NCBI GenBank assembly: GCA_010093705.1 | Contig: MU006089.1 | Span: forward strand, 2,777,561 to 2,841,560 | Length of the DNA: 64,000 nt | Source of the DNA: Patellaria atrata CBS 101060 | Lineage: Eukaryota | Direction of reading: 5' to 3' | Shown: piece after piece, positions 1-12,614 of the stretch | Layout: each line of letters starts with the position of its first letter | Numbering within the stretch: position 1 is the first letter of the stretch | Translations under genes and position numbers: made by a program | Notes under the pieces: model-generated | Told to the model about the DNA's origin: nothing | What the model saw: the letters and a program-made list of their open reading frames with translations, nothing else | The model's database searches: none

Positions 1-180
1 ACCCAAGGCTTTGAAAGAGCCATAGGGAAGTAAGTCAACACGTAGGCATAGACTTGAAAGGTACAAATATCTGAAATATCCAGCTTTCCTTTCAATCTTG
101 AAGTTGAGCAGAACTATCTAAGCTAAACAGTGATCTATGTGCTGATCTTCAATATATTGTGCGAGCATCCATCAAGAAGA

Positions 181-1489
181 ATGATCTCAGGCGCAAAAAT
201 GATTGTCAATGAATTCTTCAATAACAATATCGAGGTCAAATTCGTCCGCCTCACCTGGGTTGACTTCTTAGGGGCCCTACGTACTCGGATTATTACGAAG
301 AAGCGATGGTTGGATTTAGCAAATGGCTCAAACCATTACTCACTAGCTCTGAACTGCTTGATTATTCCTATTTCTACAGCGCCATGTGTTTCTCCGAAGG
401 CCCTAAAGCTTAGGAATTGCGACCAGATTGGCAAAGTCTACGACTGTGCGGCTTCTCGCCGGTACACTCATCAGTCATGTGTTTTACATGCCACTTGAGA
501 TTCTCAAACATCTTTACAAGGTGTCCAAGAAGCTTTTTAAAGAGCCGACATGCCGAATTTCAAGCAGCTACCGCGTCTCAAAGTCTTGATGGGCTTCGAG
601 ATTGAATTTGTCCTTCTCGATGATGTATTTAACCTCGCAACATCCATAGACCGTATAGCCGGCTATTCCATGGAATTCGAGGACAGAACTTGATAATTTT
701 TGAGGAGATCATAGCCGCGCTGGAAATATCTCGGATCGATGTGTACTACTTCCACACAGAAATTGCGGTCCAACTCGAAATAGCGCTTTCTCCGCTCCTG
801 CCCTTGGATGCTATTGATTGCCTCATGATGGCCTAGGAGACGATTCGTACTATTTCTATCCGCCATGGAATAAGAGTTAGCATGACACCAAACCTATATT
901 TGACGGTCTGCAAAATGGGTGCCACGAGCATCTATCCTTGACTTCTGCTAAAACATTAGAAACCGACTCGTTTTTAGCTGGCATCTTGCAAAAGGTGGGA
1001 TCTCTGTGCGCTTTTGATATGCCGAATTTGGATAGTTACTATCGGGTTATATACGATGGGTCAGGCATGTGGATAGGCTAGGGAACGGAGAACAGAGACT
1101 TACCCATCCGTCAAATCACCCCATCCCGCTGGGAAATTTGATTTTTGGATGCTACGACCAACGTGTATCTCTTCATTGGGGCCCTGCTTTCTGCTGGAAT
1201 GGCCGGAATAAAGCGTAAAGAGCCGTTAAATATTCGCGATTGTCCCATTTTGGCCGGGAAGCTCGGTGTCGGGGAAGCTAGACGGCAGCTTGGGAAATAT
1301 GGTATCACAGAACCTATGCGTCCAAAATTGGAGGTCTCGTTAGACTCCTTGAAAGAAGACAAAGAATGTGAGACCTGGTTTGGATCTGAACTATTCGCCG
1401 AGTATGTCAAAGTAAAGGATAAGGAAGTTGAACATTTCTCGGGAATGACAGAAGAGCAGCGGAGACAGAAGTTCCTAGTCTATTTCTGA
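181..1489 (+). pseudogene. Glutamine synthetase-like (FluG C-terminal/GSI-type) pseudogene
   Basis: Stitching frames gives GS-like motifs: VKFVRLTWVDFLGALRTRII, LRPDWQSLRLCGF, KVLMGFEIEFVLLD, FHTE..QLEIAL, NGCHEHLSL, WIG*GTENRDLPIR, WEI*FLDATTN. In-frame stops at 411, 834, 1079, 1139 and several frameshifts (~390, ~575, ~670, ~890). Confidence 0.85.
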
Positions 1490-1973
1490 ACCTCGGCGGA
1501 TTTATCATACCAACGCATTATCGCTTTGTTGTTTCGCTTATTCTGTAACTTTCATGTGCTAGTATGCTCTTGGGGCGGTGGAGAGGTGAGCAAAGAGCAG
1601 GTTGTATCCGGTGGAAGATGGAGTTCTCATTCGAACTTGTACTGAATTACACCGAGCATCGGTGAATAAGGAAGAAATTAGAATGTATGAGGTTAATATT
1701 CCAGTATAATTTATAAGATAAGGAAAATGTGGATAGTTTTACACATTGAACTACTATCGTAACCTGACCTGCTACCTGATGCGTTCTAACCGAAGAAGTC
1801 CAATCCAAGAAATAACCATTGGGGGTAACACCGTGAAGCTGTATAGATGTACATACCATACCCGGAATCCATTCATGAAATAGTGATCGTAATGCCGCGA
1901 AAATGCTTAAGCCAACCCGACTATCCATCGTACTGTACAATATCCAAATGCTGCTGTTTTCCCTGCGACCTAC

Positions 1974-2840
1974 TTAGGCGACGTGGGGAGGATCAACAGG
2001 GCTCAATTCTAACGCAACATTGACACTGAACAGTTTCCTAAACCCAGTCCTTGCATCTCCTGCAATGTCGAACTGTAACTCATGTGGATATGTGTCGACC
2101 AAGTTCCTAACCTCGTCTCTCGGTGCTCTGACGACGCAGATCAACCGCACATCAGCATGGGTTTTTCCTTCCAAGCTTAGGCACAGTTCCCGCAACCGTT
2201 GATCATTATGCCATCGGAATAAGCTCTGTTGCAGCTCTGCGTGCATAGGAATCCAGTACGAGGACCTAAAGAAAATCCACAGAGTTTGGAGATTGGGGAG
2301 GTCGTAGAGAAGGCTTCGTGATGGTGAGGTGGATGATAGATAAGCCGTCCATAGGCGGACGTCCCGGTCTCGGATCCGCAGGCAGATGTTCGTAACGCCC
2401 GTGACGTGTTTGCGGTCCATCAGCCAACGGAACATATTGCAGTCACTCGGGTGAGAGAACATGAACTTGTTATTTGAGTAAAGGAGCGGTCCGGTTTCGG
2501 CATATACGGTCTTGTTGACACGCAGGAGCGCGGGTGTGATCTGTGGAGGAGCAGACCCTGAGTTCGAGGCGAGGCTTGCTAACGGCCAGGTGAAAGGTTG
2601 AGGAGTGGTGAGGGCATAACAAAAGATACGTGCGCGAACCTCGCGAGGGAGCTGAAATAGTGGAGAGCCGGAAACTGTAGGGGAAAGGGGCGGCGAAAGA
2701 GCACGAGGAGGAGCGGTGGTCGGTTCGTGTGTTAACGTAGATAAGTGCTCTGGGGTGGAGTCGTGGAGCCCTGGTGCTGTTACTGATACTGGTACCGGAG
2801 GAGGAGGCGGCGGAATTGGGATGGTTTGGTGTGTCGCCAT
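1974..2840 (-). CDS. Hypothetical protein with F-box-like motif (288 aa)
   Basis: Intact single-exon ORF; Pro-rich N-terminus, then SPLFQLPREVRARIFCYAL and ALLRVNKTVYAE..PLLYSNNKFMF, typical of fungal F-box-like hypothetical proteins. Confidence 0.75.
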   Translation of the reverse strand: MATHQTIPIPPPPPPVPVSVTAPGLHDSTPEHLSTLTHEPTTAPPRALSPPLSPTVSGSPLFQLPREVRARIFCYALTTPQPFTWPLASLASNSGSAPPQITPALLRVNKTVYAETGPLLYSNNKFMFSHPSDCNMFRWLMDRKHVTGVTNICLRIRDRDVRLWTAYLSSTSPSRSLLYDLPNLQTLWIFFRSSYWIPMHAELQQSLFRWHNDQRLRELCLSLEGKTHADVRLICVVRAPRDEVRNLVDTYPHELQFDIAGDARTGFRKLFSVNVALELSPVDPPHVA

Positions 2841-4282
2841 GCCGGGGGGATTGTGGTATAGAGGCCTTGCGGAGATGTTATCTTTGGAGTTTGGGGAATG
2901 GAGATTAGGCTGAGACTGGTGGTATTTGATATCGCAGTGGAGGTTGGAGTTAGGTATAATACTGTATTGTTGCCAAGAAGCTTGTGATCTTGACGTCGTT
3001 CAAAAACTACGACTGATCACCCCTAAGGTAACCTTCTCTCGTAACTTCATTACTGGAAATTCAGGATCATTATGTCTTCTATCGATGTAGGTTACCTCGA
3101 TAGGAATAACGCTGGATTGAAGAATAACCTGGTTGCCGCAAGGATGGAGATCTGTTCAACCTAGTCGGGAAGAACACACTCTTCGATCAATCTATGATGA
3201 CCTATCACACAACTGGGCAACGGAGCCTGAGAGCACGTTATTTCCCATACATTACAGTTAGAATCTCATGTTCTGATCAAGTCAAGAACCCTCTCTGGTA
3301 GTGTTTCTGTCCGAGGAGACTACGGCATCTCGTCTGGTCAAACTCTTTTCATGAATGGTTGCAAAGAATCAATCAGACCTCCCCTGATATCATCATGATT
3401 CTCTATGCTCAATTTAAATCTGGAATATGGGGCAAGCATGCGAGCGTATGAGCTTCCTTACGTGCGCAATGTTTGAATCAGCATGCTTGTAATATTGATA
3501 GCAATAGAACCTTTCCTTCAGTCTCAAGGTCTGAGTCAAGCGCCGTTGTGCTCATTGACACGCTGTGTGTTGTAGCACACACTAGAAAACAGAATTTTAC
3601 ACGTCATCAATCAGGACTTATGATCATTATGTTACTTGTAAGATGGTATTTGAATTGAAACGCCTAGCTTTCTCTGTTATATTTCTTAGTGTCTCTTCCT
3701 TCATTACCTTATCCATAAGCGTATTATCTCTGAACGACGATGTTACTCCCGTCGACTCCAAGTTATATCAACAGGTCATCCTAATAAAGATGAAAAGGAT
3801 GCACCATGCTGAGGATGTTGACTTCAAATAGTGACCCCGGACTGTACGTCATCTTGGAAGGGCATGACTTGGGTCTGTATACATTCACCATTCACTATAA
3901 GTTGTATAACTAGCTATTAAAGGCTACGAGTCAGATAATTTTACTGTGTCTTTGCTGTTAGCTGCACGTTACCAGTAAGGCTGGGCGGCACATCACCACT
4001 ATTGACTATAACTCAAGCACCACACTCTCTCATTCTTCAACCGCTCTTTTCCTCCCCCACTCCCAAACACAATAACTCACACACTCCTTTGTTTGATTCA
4101 ACTAGATCACTCTTTTACAACAACACATTTACTTCTCCGGCAGAAGTGCTTTCATTCCTTCCATCACCTGCGCCAGGGAACAATCAGCTTTACACAAAGC
4201 CATTTTCTCTACTTAGAGTTCTATTACATTGAGCCTTTATCTTTCATTGAATATACTTTGCAACATCCAGACGTACGACAAT

Positions 4283-5332
4283 ATGTGGGTTAAGTCGTTA
4301 CTCGTTGCTCTCGCTGTCTCTGCTGTGCAGGGACATATGCAACTGTATGAGCCTGCTGCACTGAAAGGTGGTAACAACCCCTACAATGAAGGAGGGCCGG
4401 ATCCGTATATTCAATATCCCTACGGATGTTGCGACAAACCTCATCCAGGTATGTGTCGCGGACATCTTGACCTCTTGGGTACTCGACAAGGAACACCTAC
4501 GGCGACATGGCAAGCTGGTACCAAGCAGACCTGGAGTATATATGGCCTCGGTAATGATTCCCTTTGATTCATGTTAAACGATTTAGTGTACTTGGACTAA
4601 TCGGTTGTCCAACTAGGACCCTTCGCAGGTAATCATTATGGCGGTTCATGTCAGACCGGCTTCTCGATTGACAAAGGCAAAACCTTCCACGTCGCAACAT
4701 CTTATATTGGTAATTGCCCTCGTCGCAAAGGTGGAATGAATGAAACTGCGCAGAAATTCGAGTTCACTGTGCCTTCTGATCTTCCTGTCGGTGAAGCAGT
4801 TTTTGCTTGGACGTGGGTCAACCGCCAACAGGAGTTCTTCATGAACTGTGCAGTCGTCAATATCACGAAAGGGGAATCCACCATTGCGGGACCTCCATCT
4901 CATCCGCCTCAAACAGGTCCAACTGGCAGTGGTGAGCTCGACCTTGGCGGATGTGATTGTCACTGCTCTTCTGCGGTTCTCAATCCCGATACCGACTCCT
5001 ACGACGGCAGGAATTGTACCTGTACCTGTTCACCACCTGTCAGGCAGCGCGATCTCATTGTCGCACATCAACACCACCGGCACAATATCTATGAGCGATT
5101 CCACCACGTTCACCCTAAGCATAAGCGAGCTGTCGCATTCCGGGATAGACCTCTCATGATGATGGCGAACATCAATCCTGGTTTCTCCTGCAAGACAGTC
5201 AGGGAATCAGGAATAGAAACTGAGTATCCGAATCCCGGACCAGACGTTGTGATCGGTGATACTGAATATGGAGGATATTCATATGGGCTACCGATTGGCG
5301 ATTGTGATGTTCCAATGCCTTCACCAGCGTAG
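4283..5332 (+). CDS. Secreted AA11-family lytic polysaccharide monooxygenase-like protein
   Basis: 17-aa signal peptide then His1 (HMQL, codon 4334); NHYGGSCQ, FAWTWVN, EFFMNCA, MMANI and YPNPG motifs; one intron 4551-4616. Confidence 0.85.
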
Positions 5333-6276
5333 AGATCTCGAGAAGTGACACTACTGGAGAAGAAATTTCGAGAGCACATATCATCATGTGGTTTGTGGGT
5401 GGCAACTGCAAAAGATACGAGGTACATTGTTTGATCGAATTATTCTAATGTATTTGCACCTTCCCTTGATTGCTTTGCACTTGTGGGTACACCTCGTAGG
5501 TATTGAAGTTAGGTTGATTGAACTGAAATACAACATTAACCTGAGGCCTTATTTTTCTTTGGTTCCATGTCATTTTTCTCTTGTAACATTTGACACTCCT
5601 CGGTTGGTGTACGATTGTTATAGTTTGAAATCTGTTTGGCGGATGCTCAAACTATGAACTAGGCACCTATTTTGAATTGTGTACGGAATAGGGATATACA
5701 GCTTATAGTCTGTTGTACTGTTATGTACAGTGGAGCCCGGAGACCGTGAGTAGAGTAGTAGATCGAGCGTGCGGCGACCTAGGATTATCACTGGGCACTT
5801 GCAATGATAGAACGTGTATAATTAACTGTATAGTTCTTGATTCTAACTAAAATAAGACAGATAACAAATAGTCCTTGAACAAGATCAAACCACATTGCTT
5901 AGTCATGGCGTTATCCCGATTGGGAACGTTGACTTCCAAGTAACCACGCCCCACGTCTACTACCTCATGCGCTCCTCGTAGAATTCATCATCATACCGGA
6001 CCATGCCCTGGTCTGTCCGATCACTGGCTTACAAGTTCACAGTCCAGGGAACTTCCAGTCCAGACACCATGCGGGGCAATCAGCTAGCGGGGTGTGGAGG
6101 AAGCCGACATGTATTATATTTGTCATGGAAGCAGCTATAAGAACCTCATGCCACTAATCATGTCCCTTTAGAAGGACTACCGGTCTTGTTCTACTTATTC
6201 TCAAACCCTCTCCCCAGAACCGCTTCCCACAGCACTTATTACCCGTCCTCACAACCCATAACGATAAAACCACACC

Positions 6277-7130
6277 ATGCCCCCCTCATCTCTCCGCCAG
6301 ATCCTCGGAGCTCCCCCCTCGACCGCTTCCCCCACAGACTCAGTCCTCGTGATCATCGACGCCCAGAACGAGTACGCGAAAGGCCAATTGGCCGTCAAAG
6401 ATGTGGACGAATCTCGCGCCGCTATCAAGGGCTTGCTGGAGAAGTATAGAGACGCGAAGGGGAAGGTCGTGCATGTCCAGCACCAGGTTCCTGAAGGAGC
6501 ACCGATCTTCACCCCTGGAACGGAGTTGTTCGATGAGTTTGAGGAGTTGACCCCGAAAGATGGGGAGGCGGTGAGTGTGGTTTTTGCTATGTTATTCTTC
6601 GCTGCGATACGGGAGACTGGTGTATCAAGGGCGATTGCTGGATATACTTCCTGTTGGATTTGATAGGATTTTAGTTGGGGATATGGCTGATTTGTGCGCG
6701 AATGGTAGAGAATCGTTAAGCATCATCCTGGTGCGTTTTCGGAGACGAATTTGAAAGAGGTATTGGAGGAATTTGGGTTGAATAAATTAGTTGTGACTGG
6801 CTATATGGTAGGGAATCCCCCAATCGGTCTTAATCTTAAGAGCGTGAAAATGCATCCTTCGGGTGAATTGATGTGTGCTATGCGTACAGGCACACGTCTG
6901 CGTTTCTACCACGGTACGACAGGCGGATGAAAGGGGTTATGAAGTCCTTATTGCCGCGGATGCGGTAGGAGACCGGGATATTCCAGATATAGATGCTGGG
7001 GACTTGAAAAGGGTAAAGCCTCAATGATAAACTGCTTCTCTGGATGTTAAAGCTGACTCTAGAGTAGGTTGCGCTTGCAGAGTTGAATGACACGTTCGGT
7101 ACTGTGGTTCAAAGTAGCGATATCAAATAG
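6277..7130 (+). CDS. Isochorismatase/cysteine hydrolase family protein
   Basis: [35 protein letters not shown] motifs (Asp/Lys/Cys triad); introns 6571-6708, 6808-6889, 7013-7067. Confidence 0.9.
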
Positions 7131-7407
7131 AGACTACCGTAGAATACCAATGATATTTTTCACGATCACCAGGCTACTAACAGACCCCAAATACTTCAAA
7201 GGGATTCTTTACTACACAATGAGATAAGCGCAAGGATGAATTTGAAGTCGCGTAGGTGCCCATGAATGTATCTTCTGTTTCCCTCCAGATCATTCTGGAG
7301 GATTTAGAAAGATTGTAATTTGTCTGCAAACCATGCCGAGGAATTCCCCCCCTCAGCCCCCTACCTAAAAAATATATACTAAATAATCAATAGATAGGGC
7401 AGTTGGG

Positions 7408-7426
7408 AAAAAAAAAAAAAAAAAAA
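7408..7426. repeat. Poly(A) homopolymer tract (A19)
   Basis: Run of 19 A directly visible. Confidence 0.9.
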
Positions 7427-8103
7427 CTGAAAAAAGATATAGCAAAAAACCGAACCCAGATGAACTTGAAGTCAACTGTGACGGCAGTGCAGGTAGACGA
7501 AGTACCCGCCTACTCGGCCACATACCCGGATTCGATAGAAGAGGTGGTTGAGGGTGATTATGACTTGCAGACTGTAAGGGCAGTCACTCGTGGTTTGTAC
7601 GTGACTTCCTCTGGGCCTCCAACTCTGCCTATGCTCTCGGCTTGAGACTTAGACTGATCATTTTTTCAATCGACTTTTTTAGATCTTGCAATTCGGTTAC
7701 TATGGCAACAGCGCGTACTGAGGTTTTCTTTGAACAACAATCTTCGGGCAGGGAGCTGCAGAAGCATACCAATCAATATACCTTTTGCTTTGAGTAGAAT
7801 AAAAGTGACTATATTTCGATAGAAAGGTGAAATGAATGGCTTATATTCGCTCTAGAGTAAATACCGTAGAATCAATTGTATCGGTTATCTGTTTTCCTTC
7901 GCCGTACCTAGACCCTTAACATACCATATCTACCTGAAAATCCGACACACACCCCGCTCCCTTGCAGAACTAAACCCATACCCCATCTTTTTTGATTGAC
8001 CGAATTTCCATAGCCCTCTACTCGACGCCGAACAATGCTCCCGCGCAGCAAGACCCATCTATAACCCATATCTCGTCACTTTTAGGAATATCAGTACTGG
8101 CTC

Positions 8104-9315
8104 TCACTTGAATGCTTTCGCCCCAACTCGTTCCTGATATGCTTTCCAGGCCTCCTTTCGGTACCTCTCTGCCTCTCTGTGAGGATCCTGTGCGGTGATA
8201 ATCCCACGACCCACGATGATGATGTCGGCGCCTTGTTCATAGATGATCTTACGCGGGGTATTGTATTGTTGACCCTTGCCATCGCCCATTCTGCCGTCTA
8301 CTGTTTTTCCAGGGGGAGGTAACTTCACACCGGGTGTCATGGTGAGAAAGTTATCGCCGTCTTGTGTATTGAGGGAACGCTGGGCAATGAACCCAATCAC
8401 AAACTCTTTATGCTCGCGTGCGATTTCAACGCACCTGGCAGAGTATTCAGAAGTCAAGAGGTGACCTTCTGAGCTCATCTCCGCAAGCAGCAAGAGCGAC
8501 CGCAGATACGGCGGGTTACCAAGCCTGTTGAACATCTCTACAATATCCTGATCACCCTCCGCATCGAAGTTGGGAATCGCTTGGGGGGAAATTGGGTCTG
8601 TCTGCTGCGATATAGTCGTCGAAATCGAGACGATACTCTGTTTTCTGTCGACGTGCTGCAATTGGGCATCTAGTTTATCAATCTTGTCCAGTTCCACGGG
8701 GCCAGAGAGTGAGGCTCTCGGGATGGGACTGTCATTCTCGGACGCTGTGTAAGTTTCTGGGGTTCCAACGGAGATCTCAGTATGCACGGCACTGTTATAT
8801 GTCGCAATCGCGCGGGCTGCGGCTTCCTCAAGTGCGGTTACGATGGCGGGGCCGGGTAGAATGTGGGCGTTGGTTATTTCGGCCCATTTTGCAATACTGA
8901 GAGGACCGGCAGTGTATTGCTTTTGCACCGTCTCTATAGTAGAAAGATGATAAGTATTTGTAAATCATGTACGATGGAGAGCAAAGGAGAGTTATCTACC
9001 TCCAATGTCCGCAAACTTGCGATCCTCGAAGATGATGAATCGTTTCCTCCGCGCTATCTCTCGCAGACCCTTAACAGTCCTATCGCTGAAGTCATTGACT
9101 ATATCCGCGTGCGTCTTGAGGAGGCATATTGAATCACCCACTTCCTCCGCGATTGATAGAAGCTCTGCGGTGGTAGAAACGTCGGCGGAGAAGCATAGGT
9201 TGGATTTCTTGATGGTGATGAGACGTAAGAGGTAAGCAGCTAATGGTGGGGCAGTAGCGGCGCGGTCTCTGTAAGATTGAGTCCAAGTGATATGCCTCGA
9301 AGTACCAGACGACAT
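8104..9315 (-). CDS. pyrG: Orotidine-5'-phosphate decarboxylase
   Basis: KKSNLCFSADV, LLKTHAD, IFEDRKFADIG, LLLLAEMSSEG, MTPGV, GQQYNTP, IIIVGRGI; intron 8934-8999; ~381 aa. Confidence 0.97.
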
Positions 9316-10421
9316 GGCGGGAAGTAGGTGTAAGGTCTGAATGGAAAGTTGTATCTGGGAGAGGTATCAATGAGTGCACGAATTTTCGATTCGCATCCAG
9401 TTCGTAGTGGGAGAAAGTGGGTTGAGATGTAAGTGCAGTGCAGGTCCACAAGTCGTCTTTAAGCCGAGGAGGTGCTCACTCAAAAAGCTGTGTACAGTAC
9501 GGAGTACATCTCAACTCCTCCATCGAACTGCGAAAGAGGCCATAAAACACCGTGGCTTCCATCCAAAGTGGGAGGGGGAAATTCGATTATCAGGCCATTC
9601 AGTCCATGCCTCAACTTATGGTGCAGGACTCGCAGACGACTCCAAACTTTCTTCGTCTTACTGGTAACTACTGCGTATCACCTAGGAATCTCCAGGCATC
9701 TTTAACGGTCCGCGTCTGCGAGATTTCCGCTTGTCTTGTCTGGACGCCGCGAAATATGCAGGCAACCGTGTGTGCTATCGCTGATTTCTAGCTTGCTAAG
9801 GTCCCGAATGTATGGAATCACCTAGTTCTAAGATGGCACGGAGGATTGCGTGTACAGCACAACATGGATATACACGTTCAATGTTTATTCAAGAGGATGT
9901 AAAAAGTAGGAAGAGAGTACATGCATAGCGCGATAGAAGTTGGCACGGTCTGTGCGGATCGTGTCCAAGGTAAGTAGCATTAGTTCTATGCCCTTCCTTT
10001 TATATTTATTACACACCTTTAATCTCAATCCACCGTCAAACCATGTCTGCCACGATGATCGCCACCGACACTCGTCTATGCAAGATCAAGCAATATCATA
10101 CCTGCAAACAGTGCTTGCAAATTTAAGGCTGACAAGGCCGCCCTACCGTATTTAGGTATACGGTTAAATCAAAACTGTAGGAAAGAAGAGGGGAAGCACA
10201 TCCAATTTGTTGAGAATGATATAACCGTACGCCCATTGGAGATTGGCAAAATAGCTCTCAATGACTTCGACTTTGATGTGACCAAATGTGTAATCGACAA
10301 CCCATATATATCATCCCGCTGATCTTCAGGGTATCACAGTTCATTAATAACACGCTAGCTAATTTAAACCAATATAGAAACACCATTGATAACCATCTAC
10401 GGGTATTCCCTCTCACACTCT

Positions 10422-12464
10422 CTACTTTTCTACCACACTAGATTCTTCTACCCTTCTCTGCGATGCGGCCAGCTCTCCCGAAGTAATTGGTGCCGCTCCA
10501 TACCAAGCAATCACCGCCATTCCTAGGAAAGCTGCGAGGACGCTGAAGACAAGGGCAACTATACCCTTCGCAGTAAATCCAGCCGGTAGCAGATCTGGAC
10601 TCTTGTTCTCGCCAGTCAAATCGAGGAAGTCGACGGTATTGCCAGCCGCGTTCCCTTCTGTAGGGACGCCAGCAGCGCGGCAAGCAGCATAGTGGTCTTC
10701 TGGGACGTGGAGGGTTTCCTGTAATTCTCTAGGAGCTTCGATCATTGTTGCAATGAGACCTGACGCAACATGCCTGAAATCGAATGAGTAACAATGCTTG
10801 AGGACGACTGAGCGCTAACTAACCATTCGATATGACAATGGAACAACCAGATTCCTGGATTATCTGCCTTGAACCTAAGCACTATGTGACCATTGGGCCG
10901 TACAAGAACTGTATCTCGTCTCATAGGCTTTCTTGGAAGGCCAGTAGCATTATTGCCGTATGCACCAGCTTCATCCTCTGATCGTACGACCAACTGGAAG
11001 TTATGCCCATGAAGATGGAAAGGATGTTTACCAGGATCATTATTGTTGAGAACTGTAGTATTTAATTAGTTTACCTCCGTAGTCCAGATCCAGGTAGCTT
11101 ACCAATCTCGACGATATCATTCTTATTCAGTACGAAGGAGTTTGTGTTACTACCGTAAATTGCCACGTTCTCAGCGTCCTTGCCGGAACTAAGAGCCGTG
11201 AAAAGAGTTGGCACTTTGGTATGGACATAAGTGATATCATTGAAGAATGCGCTAACTGGTGTCAGTCACGGGAAAGGAATGGATTTCAATTGTAGCTTAC
11301 TAGTTCGCGCCATCACCAAGGTTATCCATCTTAAGATCAAGGTTGAAAGAATAGTCGACATTGTCGAAAAGGTCTAATCCGTCCTCAGGCGCTAGAGTCA
11401 TATCGTCAAATGGATCAAATTCATCCACGAAAGCAGGGGTAGGTAGCTCCTTTGATTCATTATAGAGAAGATAACTTGTAACATTCGGATTCAACCCCTC
11501 AGGGATAGCATCGAAGAGATCCTAAACATGTAAGTCTAAATCCCCTTCAATTTGAATAATACTTACCTGGTCCATACTCCCAACAATTGCAAAATTCGCA
11601 CTTGTATCATTTTTCGTTGTTACGAGCACACTGTAGCGCTGAGCAGCAGTCATATAGATCATATCCGCTTCTGTTGGCTCAGTATATACGCCGTCAACCT
11701 CGACAATGCGCATGGTATGTCCCTCAAACCAAACGTACTGTGCTGCAAAGGCACCCATATTGATCATCCGGAACATGTACGTCTTTCCTGGTTGAACTGG
11801 TATCGTGAGATTCTGCGTATCATTCATCAAAGCTGAATTTGGAACAGGCTCTGCTCCGGTAGGATTTGTTACGCTCATGAAGTCGGCGAGAAGCTTTGGC
11901 ATTTGATCATGGTACCAATCCGAGAATGTCAAGACCAATTCTTCATCAAATTGATCCACGAACGGATTTTCGGGGTCGAGAACTATGAACGGACCGCGAA
12001 GACCATCAGGATATTGGCCTTTTGAATGTGAGTGATACCAGTATGTTCCAGGTTGGTCAACAGTAAAGTTATATGTGAATGAGCTTCCTGGGATAATTGG
12101 GCACTATATGAATGAATTTACGACCCTTTCTTTGGAGGAATATATCATCACCTACCTGGGTCACTCCATCCGGACCATCCATATGTGTAGTGCCCTTCTG
12201 GAAAAGACCGTGGAAATGGAGACTGGTGTCTTGGTCAATCTGATTATTGACATTAATAACGAGACGGTCTCCCAAGTTCACAGTGATGGTCGGTATCGGC
12301 CATTGCCCGTTTATACCAATTACTTTGCGTTCGAATGCAGTATCCGGGTTCGCTTGAACCCATGTGATATTGAAATCATAGGTGACAGTTGCGGCGTGTA
12401 TGAGATTCGCGAAGATGGAAGTAATAAAGACTGGCGCAAGACATGCGCGTATAGAGGGAGCCAT
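10422..12464 (-). CDS. FET3: Iron transport multicopper ferroxidase
   Basis: Signal peptide; copper motifs [25 protein letters not shown]-terminal TM segment ([13 protein letters not shown]); multiple short introns; divergent from FTR1. Confidence 0.95.
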
Positions 12465-12614
12465 TGAAGAAAAGAATCAAGAGGTACCCGGCGAAGTTGA
12501 CAAGTCATACAACTGTCACTGCACAAATCGATAATATCCTAAAACTCTCAAAGTATGTTGGACATTGACTGACTGATTGATTGATTAGATTCGGTCTGCC
12601 TGGATATAAAAAGG

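Noticed and set aside
7460..7800. Short ORF (MNLKSTV...VTRGL) followed by a well-formed intron, reminiscent of an amino-acid permease N-terminus
   Set aside because: Downstream frames show no permease motif and stop quickly; at most a fragment.
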